From: a candidate division WOR-3 bacterium
Lineage (GTDB): Bacteria; Hydrothermota; Hydrothermia; JBDRYB01
Reading direction: 5' to 3'
DNA length: 19,211 bases
Assembly: GCA_049969615.1 (NCBI GenBank)
Contig: JBMFOM010000029.1
Coordinates: 1 to 19,211 of the forward strand
A program made the translations under genes and the position numbers. Of this stretch, positions 1-9,023 are shown in pieces. The first letter of the stretch is position 1. The number at the start of each line of letters is the position of its first letter. Under the pieces are notes generated by a model. That model was given only the letters and a program-made list of their open reading frames with translations. It was not told the DNA's origin and did not search any database.

Positions 1-80
1 TCCTGTGGCTCATGGTTAGAATTCTATTTTGAGCGAACGAACCCATTTGGGTTAGATTTTTTGTGAGCGAACTCGCGGCC

Positions 81-110
81 TGGACCCAATAAAGACCGCT
101 GGTGTATAAT
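81..110 (+). promoter_or_regulatory. sigma70-type promoter TGGACC-18-TATAAT, 6 nt before ATG 117 (leaderless)
   Basis: TGGACC 81-86, TATAAT 105-110, ATG 117. The same geometry recurs across the window. Confidence 0.65.
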
Positions 111-116
111 TGAAGG

Positions 117-728
117 ATGAACCTGGTCATAATTCTCTGGCAGTGGCTTCCCATGCCTTTATTCGTTTGTCTGAAGATGGCTGACACGGTTGTGTTGGCT
201 GGAGCGAACGATGTCCACGAGCAAGGCGACACCCGGTGGACGAGGTTTCTCGTGCTTGAAACCATAAAGGGGCGAATGGATCAGAGGGATACCTTCTCTC
301 TGCAGTTTGCCTCTAGGAACACCGAGGGAATCTGGACATCGGTGTTCTACCCTAAAGCCATTTATTTCAAGGAACAGGGTCAAGGCGAAACGAGCCTCCT
401 GCTCCTTTCGGAGACGGGAAACGGATACACCCTTTATCAGTATTATCCATACGCGGTGTTGGATCCTCCGGCAGAGGATCCCGGATTCGTTTACCGGATA
501 AAGGCGTTGGTGGAGTTTGATAGGTTGAACCCGGACACAGGACTGATAAGGGAATGCCTGGGTTCTGAGCAGAGAATATTCCAGGAATCCGGACTCTATC
601 TCAGCAAGTATGTGAGGGACACGAGCCTCGCCGGGGATGTCAGGGTTTTTCTGGAGAGCCCGGACGCCAGCCTTCGCGGCCTGGCAAAAGAAAACCTGAA
701 GAGGTGGGGCCTGAAGTGGGGAAAATAG
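117..728 (+). CDS. hypothetical protein, probably exported (short hydrophobic N-terminus)
   Basis: 203-aa ORF with promoter directly upstream; ends 4 nt before queH. No family recognised. Confidence 0.7.
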   Translation: MNLVIILWQWLPMPLFVCLKMADTVVLAGANDVHEQGDTRWTRFLVLETIKGRMDQRDTFSLQFASRNTEGIWTSVFYPKAIYFKEQGQGETSLLLLSETGNGYTLYQYYPYAVLDPPAEDPGFVYRIKALVEFDRLNPDTGLIRECLGSEQRIFQESGLYLSKYVRDTSLAGDVRVFLESPDASLRGLAKENLKRWGLKWGK

Positions 729-732
729 GGTT

Positions 733-1266
733 ATGGAAGACCTCCTGCTTGATGTCTGCTGTGGCCCCGACGCCACTTATGCCATTGAGTTCTTCGCCGG
801 AGATTACCTGGTCTCGCTCCTGTTTTCCGGGTCAAACATCCACCCGGAGGCCGAATACATTATCAGACTTGAGCAGGTTGAGAAAGTAGCGAGACATTAC
901 GGGACGCCTCTTCACACAAACCCCTATGAGCCTGAGGTCTGGTACTCCTTTGTCAGGGGACTTGAGGGTGAGCATGAGGGTGGCAGGAGGTGTCAGGAGT
1001 GTTTTAGGTTCAGGTTCGGTCTGCTATCACGAAAAGCCCTTGAACTTGGAATAAAGAACATCTCAACCACCCTTACCATAAGCCCGAAGAAGATGCCGGA
1101 TCTGATCAACCGGCTGGGTGAAGAAACCGCTTCGGAAAACGGCCTGGTGTGGATCAGCGCGGTATTGAGAAAACGCGGAGGGTTCGGAAGGAGCCTGGAA
1201 CTGTCAAAAGCCCTGAGACTATACAGGCAGAGCTATTGCGGGTGTGAGTTCAGTCAAAGAAGGTGA
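733..1266 (+). CDS. queH: epoxyqueuosine reductase QueH
   Basis: Motifs LLLxVCCGPD, NIHPxxEY, EGGRRCxxCF, STTLTISPKK and YRQSYCGCEFS typical of QueH (DUF208). Confidence 0.93.
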   Translation: MEDLLLDVCCGPDATYAIEFFAGDYLVSLLFSGSNIHPEAEYIIRLEQVEKVARHYGTPLHTNPYEPEVWYSFVRGLEGEHEGGRRCQECFRFRFGLLSRKALELGIKNISTTLTISPKKMPDLINRLGEETASENGLVWISAVLRKRGGFGRSLELSKALRLYRQSYCGCEFSQRR

Positions 1267-1289
1267 TCCTGCGCAGGAAGTGGACTCTA

Positions 1290-1477
1290 AAGAACCCTGA
1301 GAAATCCCGGTTTGCCCTTTGTCCCTGTCTGTGAGCCTCATCATAGCCAGAAGAGAACCCTGAGTAAATGCTCTCGTGGCGGGATTTTTCAGGGAGGTCC
1401 CTCTTAGAACTCCGTTCTATTAGACAAAGTGCCCCTGGCTCAAACCAGTAAGTTATTACTACCTTATCAGGGGTCTC
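1290..1477 (+). mobile_element. MITE-like repeat family A, copy 1 (188 bp)
   Basis: Aligns by eye with four other copies. Ends AAGAACCCTGAGAAATCCCG...TATCAGGGGTCTC; flanks CTCTA/TTCTA (4 of 5 identical). Confidence 0.85.
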
Positions 1478-1520
1478 TTCTAAAACCATTTGAGGAAAGG
1501 ATTGTGGGGTTTCCAAATAC

Positions 1521-1550
1521 TTGAATCCTGCACGAGGACTAGCTTAAAAT
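1521..1550 (+). promoter_or_regulatory. promoter TTGAAT-18-TAAAAT, 6 nt before ATG 1557
   Basis: TTGAAT 1521-1526, TAAAAT 1545-1550, ATG 1557; no Shine-Dalgarno. Confidence 0.65.
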
Positions 1551-1556
1551 ATCTTC

Positions 1557-3428
1557 ATGCTCCTCGCGCTTTTGGTAATCCTGCCTGAGAAGGCCCTCGT
1601 TGATACCTTTGGCGGCTCCGGAGCGTGGTATTCCCCTGAGACAAGATCAGGAACGAAATCCGGCGTTTGGTTCAGCATGTTCTCGGAGGATTTTGAATCC
1701 GGCATTCTGCCGCCTGGCTGGAGCCTCAGGGACAGCAACGCGGACGCACAGACCTGGACACTGAGGCCATCGGCCGGTTGGCCCGTGACAGCCATGCCGC
1801 CGGCCCCGGGCAACTACATGGCCACATACAACGATGACACCCTCGGCTGGAATCCGGAAACCGAAGAGGAGCTTATTTCGCCCGCCATATATATCGGTGA
1901 TCGGGATACCCTCCGGCTTATATATGGCCTTGGTTATCAGAATTTCAGGGGACAGGATACTTTTATGGTCAGGGCCCGGTTTCACGATGGCTCTAGCTGG
2001 GGGCCGTGGCAGGATCTCGCGCTTTATGACTGGGATGTGGGATCCGGACACTGGGACACCCTGGGTCTGTGGGCGTGGCTCCCCGCGGAGAGCCTTCAGT
2101 TCTCATTCCTCTGGTTTGATCACACCTGGCTTCACTGGGATTGGTATGTCGCTGTTGACAACATCTCGCTGGAATATCTCCTCTCGCTTCCGGTCAACCT
2201 AACCGCCTCGGAAATCCTTTCTCCGGATGCCCTTGAGAAAGAGGGGGCCGGGGTGGTCCCAGCCCTCAGGGTCAGGAACACCGGAAACCAGAATATCACT
2301 GATAACATAACCGCGAGATTCACGATCACCGATACATCCGGAATCCTCTATCAGGCTTCAAAGACAATTGTTGGTGGTCTCCAGGCTGGGGATTCGGTTG
2401 ATTTCCTGTTCCCGGCCTGGACAGCAGGCCCGACAGGCGGACCCTACACCGCGACGGGGTTCCTGGTTTATCAGGACAGCTTCCCCTCGGATGACACATG
2501 CCGAAAACAATTTGGCGTGATCCCTGACTCCGTTCTGAAGAGAGTAACTGTGCCTTATTCGCCGAGCTCGCCTGCGATTGACGGGGTAATCAGCCCCGGC
2601 GAATGGGACAGCGCGACGGCTTGGGATGCTTCGGATTACCTGGCCAGGGATGGCAAGACTGATTACCCCGGCTCCTCCAGCATGATGGCAATCCACGATG
2701 CCTCGCTGATCTATCTGCTATACGATGTAGTCCTGGACACCATTGCCACAGATAGCGCGCGGGCATTCGTCTGTCTGGACGACAACGCGGACCGAACCTG
2801 GCCGGCCGATGACACGACCGAGGGCATAAACCGGATCACCAACCCGGATGTCTGGCTATGCTCTTGGTTCAAATCTGATTTCACCCAGGGGCCGTGGTAT
2901 CAATCCGGCCTCTTGTCGTTCGCCTTTGGCCAGTCTGGCGGCCACGCCATCCTTGAGGTGGCTATCCCCATGGTCGCGCTGGACACCGGCCCGCAGTTCC
3001 TGGGCGCAAACCCTGTCCCAGACGGGGATTCAGCTCGGGTTCACATCTATTACCAGGACCCCTTGCTAGGCACGATCGCGTGCTGGCCCCAGGATGCTGG
3101 AGCCTTCTATAATCCCGCGCTCTATGGCGTGTTTTATCTTGAGCCTTTCTCGCGCACGGATGAATCGGCCGGGCCAACGAAACCCTGGCTATTTGCGCCA
3201 TCGGTTGTCAGGGGAACGACCGAAATCACGCTTTGTCTGCCAGAGAGAACCGTGGCCTTTGTCGCGCTATACGACGTGACAGGAAGGCTGACAAATAGGC
3301 TCCTTGACGGAGAAACAGAGGCCGGGGTCCATCGCCTCAACCTCGGATTTCCCTCCGCGGGGGTCTATTTTCTGGTTGCCAGAACACCAAGCTGGTCAGA
3401 AAGGGTGAAGCTGGTCTCGGTGGAATGA
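1557..3428 (+). CDS. secreted multidomain protein: cleaved-adhesin/choice-of-anchor-like beta-sandwich, CARDB-like Ig domain, CBM9/DOMON-like domain, T9SS type-A-like C-terminal sorting domain
   Basis: FSEDFESGILPPGW...ELISP...WYVAVDNI; VRNTGNQ...SDDT; PAIDGVISPGEW; C-terminal LYDVTGRL...AGVYFL...KLV. Confidence 0.8.
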   Translation: MLLALLVILPEKALVDTFGGSGAWYSPETRSGTKSGVWFSMFSEDFESGILPPGWSLRDSNADAQTWTLRPSAGWPVTAMPPAPGNYMATYNDDTLGWNPETEEELISPAIYIGDRDTLRLIYGLGYQNFRGQDTFMVRARFHDGSSWGPWQDLALYDWDVGSGHWDTLGLWAWLPAESLQFSFLWFDHTWLHWDWYVAVDNISLEYLLSLPVNLTASEILSPDALEKEGAGVVPALRVRNTGNQNITDNITARFTITDTSGILYQASKTIVGGLQAGDSVDFLFPAWTAGPTGGPYTATGFLVYQDSFPSDDTCRKQFGVIPDSVLKRVTVPYSPSSPAIDGVISPGEWDSATAWDASDYLARDGKTDYPGSSSMMAIHDASLIYLLYDVVLDTIATDSARAFVCLDDNADRTWPADDTTEGINRITNPDVWLCSWFKSDFTQGPWYQSGLLSFAFGQSGGHAILEVAIPMVALDTGPQFLGANPVPDGDSARVHIYYQDPLLGTIACWPQDAGAFYNPALYGVFYLEPFSRTDESAGPTKPWLFAPSVVRGTTEITLCLPERTVAFVALYDVTGRLTNRLLDGETEAGVHRLNLGFPSAGVYFLVARTPSWSERVKLVSVE

Positions 3429-3511
3429 GGTGATATATGGCTTAACCCGGAACATGCGGGAATTCTGGATCCAGATGTCATAGCAGGTTGGAAGCCTTGA
3501 ATTATTGGGAA

Positions 3512-3696
3512 GAAACCCCTAAAAATCCCTGTTTGTCCTTTGTCCCTATCCGGGAACCTCATCATAGTTAGAAGAAAACCCTGAGGAAATGCCATTGTTG
3601 CGGGATTTTTCAAGGGGACTCTCTTAGAACCTGTTCTCTTGGACAAAGCGCTCCTGGCTCAAACCAGTAAGTTATTACTACTTTATCAGGGGTCTC
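3512..3696 (+). mobile_element. MITE-like repeat family A, copy 2 (185 bp)
   Basis: GAAACCCCTAAAAATCCC...TATCAGGGGTCTC, colinear with copy 1; followed by CTAA; no clear target duplication. Confidence 0.87.
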
Positions 3697-3700
3697 CTAA

Positions 3701-3730
3701 TTGTGCGCACGGGTTCTCTCAGTCCATAAT
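3701..3730 (+). promoter_or_regulatory. promoter TTGTGC-18-CATAAT, 7 nt before ATG 3738
   Basis: Same geometry as the other promoters. Confidence 0.5.
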
Positions 3731-3737
3731 TACGCGC

Positions 3738-3905
3738 ATGAAGAGAGAGGACAAGAGGAGGGTTGTTACATGTGGGTTCTACGGAAAAGAGAAACGACCG
3801 GGCGAGGTCGTCCCCGCAGGCATGGTCTATGGCCCCCTCCTTGAAATACAAGAACTGCATATGGAAATGATGGAGGAGATTGCCTGCTGGCTCAGGGAAC
3901 GGTGA
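3738..3905 (+). pseudogene. 55-aa ORF, probable internally deleted remnant of a DUF1003-family gene
   Basis: VTCGFYGKEKRPGEVVPAGMVYGPLLE resembles DUF1003-protein N-termini and LLEIQELHMEMMEEI resembles their C-termini; the central membrane domain is absent. Recognised from memory, not by search. Confidence 0.45.
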
Positions 3906-5325
3906 TCGTTTCAGATGGAACGGACTCCCCGTTCTCCGGGTAATCCAGCTTGTATATCCCAGGTGCCACAAGCCTGAACCCTATTCCCTCTATGACCATG
4001 TCCGGCGTCCTGCCAGCAAGTATTTCGGCAAAGCCGGCTTCAAATACCTTTCTGAGGATTGTCCTCCTGGTCCAGCTGTTTTTCGTGACATCCGGCAGAC
4101 CAGCCATGTAGTCAGGCTTGTAGTCCTTGAAAAAGCCGGAGAGATCATCGCCCTTCTTTATGTAGACGTTGACCTTTCCATCGGTCACCCCATCAAGCGC
4201 GAGCACCCTCCTATCAGCAAACCAGGCTATCTGAACCTCTTTCGCGGCAATCAAGACATCCGACGGAGTGTTCTCTTTGAACCATTGGCCCACGGCCTCG
4301 TAATTCGCCCTACCGTAAGAGGTGTATATCACATTTCTCATCTTTCTGGCGAACCCCAAGGCCCAGAAGGGGATCATTAGAAGAAGGAGATACCTGATTC
4401 TGAGACCAATGCGCCTGGCACCTATCCCTGCGAGCAGAACAAGGAGCGGGATCGCCGGGACAATGTATCTCATACCATATGCGGTCGGGACGATGATCGT
4501 ATAGAAGACTACGAAGAACGCTATTATGACCCAAGCGAGCCAAAGCCGCCTTTTGTATGCGAAAAGCGCGGTTATTGCCAGGGGCATGTGGGCGGCGAAG
4601 ATGTAATACAGGCTGAGGCCAGTGAAACCCGTTATCCCAAGAGGAATTGCATACTCAGTAAAGGCGGCCTGGACCCTGCGTGTCTCCCAGGACGCGGGGA
4701 ACGGAGTCATGGTTGAGGCATATATTAGGCCATAATAGACCGCGCAGAGGAACAAGCCGGGAAAAATCAGTTTGAGAATCGCCTTTGGCCTTATGATTAC
4801 GAAAATCAGGGTTACCACGAGCAACTCAGGCCTCAGGAGCAGTGCTATGCCCATGACTAGGCCAGTCAGCCAGTTGCGCCTTCTCTTGAAGAGGAAAAAG
4901 CCGAGGGCGAGGCAAAAGGCCGCGGCCGCGGCCTCCATGCCTGAGCCGGCCCAGAACATGTAGTAGGGGTCAAGAACGAGGATGAATGGCAGGAGATAAT
5001 CCTCTTTTTCCGGGGGTTTGAACTCTCTGAGCAGGACAAAGAGCATCATCCCCGAACCAAATGCAAATAGCAGTCCGAGCACCTTCGCGGCAATGTCCAT
5101 GAACCCCTTCCCGCTCAGGAAGTAGAGGCCGGATAACATGAGGGTCCACAGGGGAGCGGTTGTCCCGCCGGTTGGCTCGCCAGGGTTGAACTGCATGAAC
5201 ATGCCGCGGCTCAGGTTCACCGCATACTGGTAGTGGATGTAAGAATCGCCCTGGAACTGGGGAAAATAGGGAAGGCCAGCCAGCAGAGTTATTGCTAACA
5301 GCAGGAAGGGATACCACTTGTTCAT
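3892..5325 (-). CDS. GT-C fold integral membrane glycosyltransferase (ArnT/PMT-like)
   Basis: GDSYIHYQYAVNL...FNPGEPTGGTTAPLW, WAGSGME, LLRPE, RYIVP, LDGVTD; many TM segments. Confidence 0.8.
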   Translation of the reverse strand: MNKWYPFLLLAITLLAGLPYFPQFQGDSYIHYQYAVNLSRGMFMQFNPGEPTGGTTAPLWTLMLSGLYFLSGKGFMDIAAKVLGLLFAFGSGMMLFVLLREFKPPEKEDYLLPFILVLDPYYMFWAGSGMEAAAAAFCLALGFFLFKRRRNWLTGLVMGIALLLRPELLVVTLIFVIIRPKAILKLIFPGLFLCAVYYGLIYASTMTPFPASWETRRVQAAFTEYAIPLGITGFTGLSLYYIFAAHMPLAITALFAYKRRLWLAWVIIAFFVVFYTIIVPTAYGMRYIVPAIPLLVLLAGIGARRIGLRIRYLLLLMIPFWALGFARKMRNVIYTSYGRANYEAVGQWFKENTPSDVLIAAKEVQIAWFADRRVLALDGVTDGKVNVYIKKGDDLSGFFKDYKPDYMAGLPDVTKNSWTRRTILRKVFEAGFAEILAGRTPDMVIEGIGFRLVAPGIYKLDYPENGESVPSETITVP

Positions 5326-5332
5326 GGGGGAA

Positions 5333-5362
5333 ATGATAAATCAGGGAGTCGGGGAGGATCAA
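5333..5362 (-). promoter_or_regulatory. promoter TTGATC-18-TATCAT, 7 nt before ATG 5325
   Basis: Minus-strand TTGATC (5362-5357) and TATCAT (5338-5333); the -35 overlaps inverted repeat ATCAAA-ggct-TTTGAT. Confidence 0.6.
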
Positions 5363-5599
5363 AGGCTTTTGATGGCCCGGATCGCTATAGACTACGCAGC
5401 CAGCGCGACACCGAAGCAATCTGGAGCGAGAGCTCATAATTAGATCTACCGAAAGGGGGCCGGGGGGCTCAGAATTCAAAGCAAATAGAAGGCTTACATG
5501 GCCGAGATTGAGTTTTAGGTTGTGGGGCCTGAATTATCAAGAAAGTTAGCCCCACATTGCATCCTTTGTCCTATCTCCTGCGCAGGAAGCGGGTAAATC

Positions 5600-6811
5600 T
5601 CACGCGACAGGCACCTCACGCACGCGCCTACCAAACCACCACCATATTAGGAGGGTGGAAATTAGATAAAATCCCGCACCAAGGAGTATCGGTAAACTGA
5701 ACCCGTAGCGTTCCATGATAAAACCAGCGGCTAGGTTTGAGAGAGAGAAACATCCCATCCAGAACAATGACATCAGGGCTGTAGCAGTGCCTCTGAGCTT
5801 AGGTCTTACTGACTCAACCGCATAGTTGCTCATCATTGGCTGTGCCATATTCATTAACCCACCTCTTATCCAGAATGAGATCGAGGAGATGGTAAGGTTC
5901 CAAGAAAAGGCAAGCGCCGCGTTGAAGGGCAAGGAGAGGGCTTGGGTCACTATCACGGTTCTTATCTTTCCAAGCCTGGAAACCACATAGGGCGTTAAGA
6001 GTCCGGAAAGGAAAAGGCAAATGCTCTGGACGCCATAGAGAATCCCTATAGCGCTGGTTGGCAGGTCAAACCTGTCCCTGAAATAAAGGTTTATGAACGG
6101 GACAAAAAGCCCAGCACCCAGACCTATGAATCCCTGGGTTATTCCGAGCTTAACAATGCCTCGCCAGTTGCCACGTAGTCCGGAGAGAAAGGTGATCCTC
6201 TTCCTGGCCTCAGTGATGTGTGGGGGCCTAAGGGCAAGCGCGAGCAGAATAGCCGCGAGTTGGAACCCCAGGCTGAAAACGAACGCCCACCTGTATCCCA
6301 CGACCGAAAGCCATCCTCCCGCTATATTGCCCAGGAAACCGCCAAGGGTAGCCACAGACCACTGAGCCGAGAAAAGGAATGGCGCGGTGTCGTGCCCAAC
6401 AAGCCTGAGCATAAATGGTGAGAAGGATGCTGAAGAAAGGGCCGAGGAAACACCAGTGAATGTCGCGGAGAGAAATATGGCGATGGGAGAGGGCGAGAGA
6501 ATCAAGAGGAGTATGCCGAAACCCCCAGAAAGCAGAGAGCCAAAAAGCATGTAAAAAGGTCTTATTCTAAAAGAGATATAGGCTGATGGAAGGGTCAAGG
6601 CCGCACCCATGCCCATGGCAGTGAATTGCGCGAGGCTTATCGCGCTGTCAGGCCAGCTCATTTCCCGCAGATATAGGTTGAAAAGCAGGTGTGCGGCCGC
6701 GCCTCCCAACGATGAAAGGAGCATCAATAGGAGAAATATCCAGCCACGCTTGCCTATCTTACGTGAATTATCCCTATAAAGATTGAGAAACTCCTTGAGC
6801 GTATTGAACAT
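5600..6811 (-). CDS. MFS transporter (start may be 6802, see findings)
   Basis: About 400 aa, ~12 TM segments; LFNLYL, VPFINLYF, SRLGKIRT, IRGGLMNMAQP, RGTA. Confidence 0.9.
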   Translation of the reverse strand: MFNTLKEFLNLYRDNSRKIGKRGWIFLLLMLLSSLGGAAAHLLFNLYLREMSWPDSAISLAQFTAMGMGAALTLPSAYISFRIRPFYMLFGSLLSGGFGILLLILSPSPIAIFLSATFTGVSSALSSASFSPFMLRLVGHDTAPFLFSAQWSVATLGGFLGNIAGGWLSVVGYRWAFVFSLGFQLAAILLALALRPPHITEARKRITFLSGLRGNWRGIVKLGITQGFIGLGAGLFVPFINLYFRDRFDLPTSAIGILYGVQSICLFLSGLLTPYVVSRLGKIRTVIVTQALSLPFNAALAFSWNLTISSISFWIRGGLMNMAQPMMSNYAVESVRPKLRGTATALMSLFWMGCFSLSNLAAGFIMERYGFSLPILLGAGFYLISTLLIWWWFGRRVREVPVA

Positions 6812-6839
6812 TATAACCCAATTTCCTGCACATGATCAT
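6810..6839 (-). promoter_or_regulatory. promoter ATGATC-18-TATAAT upstream of the MFS gene
   Basis: Minus strand reads ATGATC atgtgcaggaaattgggt TATAAT; the -10 overlaps the predicted ATG. Confidence 0.55.
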
Positions 6840-6956
6840 GTATTCGGAGAGACCAAATAGATCCGTGGCTATGCTCGTAAGCCCCATGGTTTGGGGAACC
6901 ACCGGTTTTGCGGCGGCCTGGTTAATGTTATGGGGGCTGATCCCCTGGCAAACAAC

Positions 6957-6986
6957 GTGCAACCATCAACGACCAACCTTTATAAT
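6957..6986 (+). promoter_or_regulatory. promoter GTGCAA-18-TATAAT, 6 nt before ATG 6993
   Basis: TATAAT 6981-6986, ATG 6993. Confidence 0.65.
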
Positions 6987-6992
6987 TTGGCC

Positions 6993-7580
6993 ATGAGCAA
7001 CAGGTGGTTTATGATTCTGGCCATAGCCGCGCTCTGGGGTATAGGAGAATTGCTTATCTGGAGGGGCATGGCCGCGTTGGGCCTAGGCATGAAGTCTCCG
7101 GTCGTATCCGCGTGGGGGATACTCACTCTCGCGTTTGCCAGGGGAATTCTGCCGAGGCCGGGTTCGTCGTCCCTGATGGCGTTGATCGCCGCTTCCTACA
7201 AACTCCTTGCCGGAATAACTTTTCCCTGCGCTTTCGCGGCCGTGATGGCGCTTGGGATCTTCTTTGACCTCTTCATGAGCATAACCGAAAAAAGGTCCCT
7301 CTGGATAAGGGTTCCAACAGCCGCGTTGTCCGTTTATTTCTCCTTCGCCACCTTCGCGCTCGTCGCGACATATGCTCTCAGGTTGGGTTTCTGGGCATCG
7401 GGAGGCCTGCCTAATGTCTTGCGCTACACGCTGGTGAATGGTTCGTGGGCCGCACTGTTCAGCCTAGGAACTGCCATTGCAGGGTTCACCCTCTCCAGGC
7501 TCATAAAAAAAGCAGACATGCCCTTCTGGATCCCGGCGGGACTATATGGCGCGGGGTGGTTACTAGCCATATTTATTTAG
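6993..7580 (+). CDS. integral membrane protein, possibly ECF S-component-like
   Basis: About 195 aa, ~6 TM; AALWGIGE and PGSSSLMALIAASYK. Start moved to 6993 on promoter geometry. Family assignment tentative. Confidence 0.7.
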   Translation: MSNRWFMILAIAALWGIGELLIWRGMAALGLGMKSPVVSAWGILTLAFARGILPRPGSSSLMALIAASYKLLAGITFPCAFAAVMALGIFFDLFMSITEKRSLWIRVPTAALSVYFSFATFALVATYALRLGFWASGGLPNVLRYTLVNGSWAALFSLGTAIAGFTLSRLIKKADMPFWIPAGLYGAGWLLAIFI

Positions 7581-7584
7581 ACGT

Positions 7585-8985
7585 ATGAGAGGATTGATCT
7601 TTAGTTTAACGATAGCAGGGACTTTTGGGTTCCTTCTAGCCAATGACACCGTGCTCTGGGAGTATCCAGATGGCTCAGGGGTCATTCCAATGACCGAGGA
7701 TAACATCCAAATGGTTGCTGAGACGGTCATGGTAAAGGTTAAGAATAACACGAGGATGAGCGTTGAAGCCAGTTTCACATTCAAAAACCTCTCGGACAAG
7801 ACCGTGAAAGTGACCGTAGGTTTTCCGTTCAATGAGAACTGGGGGGAACTGCTATGGGATGAGGGAGGCCCAAGCGTGCCCAACGCGAAGGACAGCCTCA
7901 GGTTCGTTTCCCTGGTTGATGGAAAGGGGGTCAACATCAGGATAAAACCAGATGTTACCAAAGGTTCCAAAAATCCCGATTGGAACAGAAGGTTCTTCTT
8001 CGTGTGGGATGTGGAGTTTGCCCCCGGTCAAACCAGGAGGCTGGTGACCAGATACGAGACTGACTGGGGCAAGTGGTATAATGTTGATGCCCAGTTCTTC
8101 TATACCTTTACATACATAACGAGCACGGGCGCCGCGTGGGTAGGACAAATAGGCGATGCTGTTATCTCAATTGAGATACCAACGAAACTGCCGAAACCAG
8201 TGTGGGGGGAGGATATGTTCGCCTACTGGAGGATCAATCCCTCAGGCGCGTCCATAAATCCGGATAGCTCAAGGGTGGTCTGGCACTTTACGAATTGGGA
8301 ACCAGACGGAGACATAAGCATCAGCGTATTCGGCCAACAATATCATCCCTACCATCTCAGATGCATGGTGGTTGAGCAGGTCTGCAGTCTCATGGCTGAC
8401 GAAAGGCCCCTGACTGAGGATGATATAAGAGGCCTGTTTATATCGTATGGGTTTCCCAAGATATACACCATTAGGACTATCATCAACACCTTTTACGCTA
8501 AGGCTGGCCACAAGTTCAAGGACAAGGGTTGGGACACTGTTTTCCTGGACTTTGATTGGTATAAACCGCGGAAAACCCTTAGTTTCAAAGACCTCCCTGA
8601 GAACTACCGGAAGAGCATAGAAGCGGCCAAAAGGGTTGAGGAGGAGCAGAAAGCCCTTGAGGAAAAGGTTAAAGAAGGCCCCTACGGCAAGTTCATGTCG
8701 GAGTTCGCCGTGATCTTCTTCTATCCACTATACTGGAATTTTGGAGAAGGAGATATAGCCCGTCTTCTCCCGCCGGATGAGGAGGACCAGAGGGCGTGGC
8801 TCCGGCTCGCCCGGAACGCGTTCTACGCCAGGGCCGGGTATCGTTTTGAGGATAAGGATCTAGCGGATTTCTTTTCCGTGATGCCTTGGTATAATCCGAA
8901 CGCGGAGTTTGAGGGCCTGAGCCCGGAGAGCGCTGAGGCGGTCCTTAACATAATTAAATACGAAGAGAAAATGGGGTTCAGGTAA
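7585..8985 (+). CDS. exported protein with DUF4424-like N-terminal domain and two YARHG-like domains
   Basis: Signal peptide; IQMVAETV, FTFKN, VGFP, FAPGQTR, YITSTGAAW; repeats NTFYAKAGHKFKD...WYKP and RNAFYARAGYRFED...WYNP. Confidence 0.8.
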   Translation: MRGLIFSLTIAGTFGFLLANDTVLWEYPDGSGVIPMTEDNIQMVAETVMVKVKNNTRMSVEASFTFKNLSDKTVKVTVGFPFNENWGELLWDEGGPSVPNAKDSLRFVSLVDGKGVNIRIKPDVTKGSKNPDWNRRFFFVWDVEFAPGQTRRLVTRYETDWGKWYNVDAQFFYTFTYITSTGAAWVGQIGDAVISIEIPTKLPKPVWGEDMFAYWRINPSGASINPDSSRVVWHFTNWEPDGDISISVFGQQYHPYHLRCMVVEQVCSLMADERPLTEDDIRGLFISYGFPKIYTIRTIINTFYAKAGHKFKDKGWDTVFLDFDWYKPRKTLSFKDLPENYRKSIEAAKRVEEEQKALEEKVKEGPYGKFMSEFAVIFFYPLYWNFGEGDIARLLPPDEEDQRAWLRLARNAFYARAGYRFEDKDLADFFSVMPWYNPNAEFEGLSPESAEAVLNIIKYEEKMGFR

Positions 8986-9023
8986 GGTCATGACCCTCAA
9001 AAACATGCCTGATAATACTCCCC

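Noticed and set aside
30-72. Direct repeat TGAGCGAAC twice around AACCCA-tt-TGGGTT
   Set aside because: Short, at the window edge, and without other copies here.
733-762. QueH N-terminal DVCC instead of the usual HxCC
   Set aside because: Single substitution with all cysteines intact; not enough to claim altered function.
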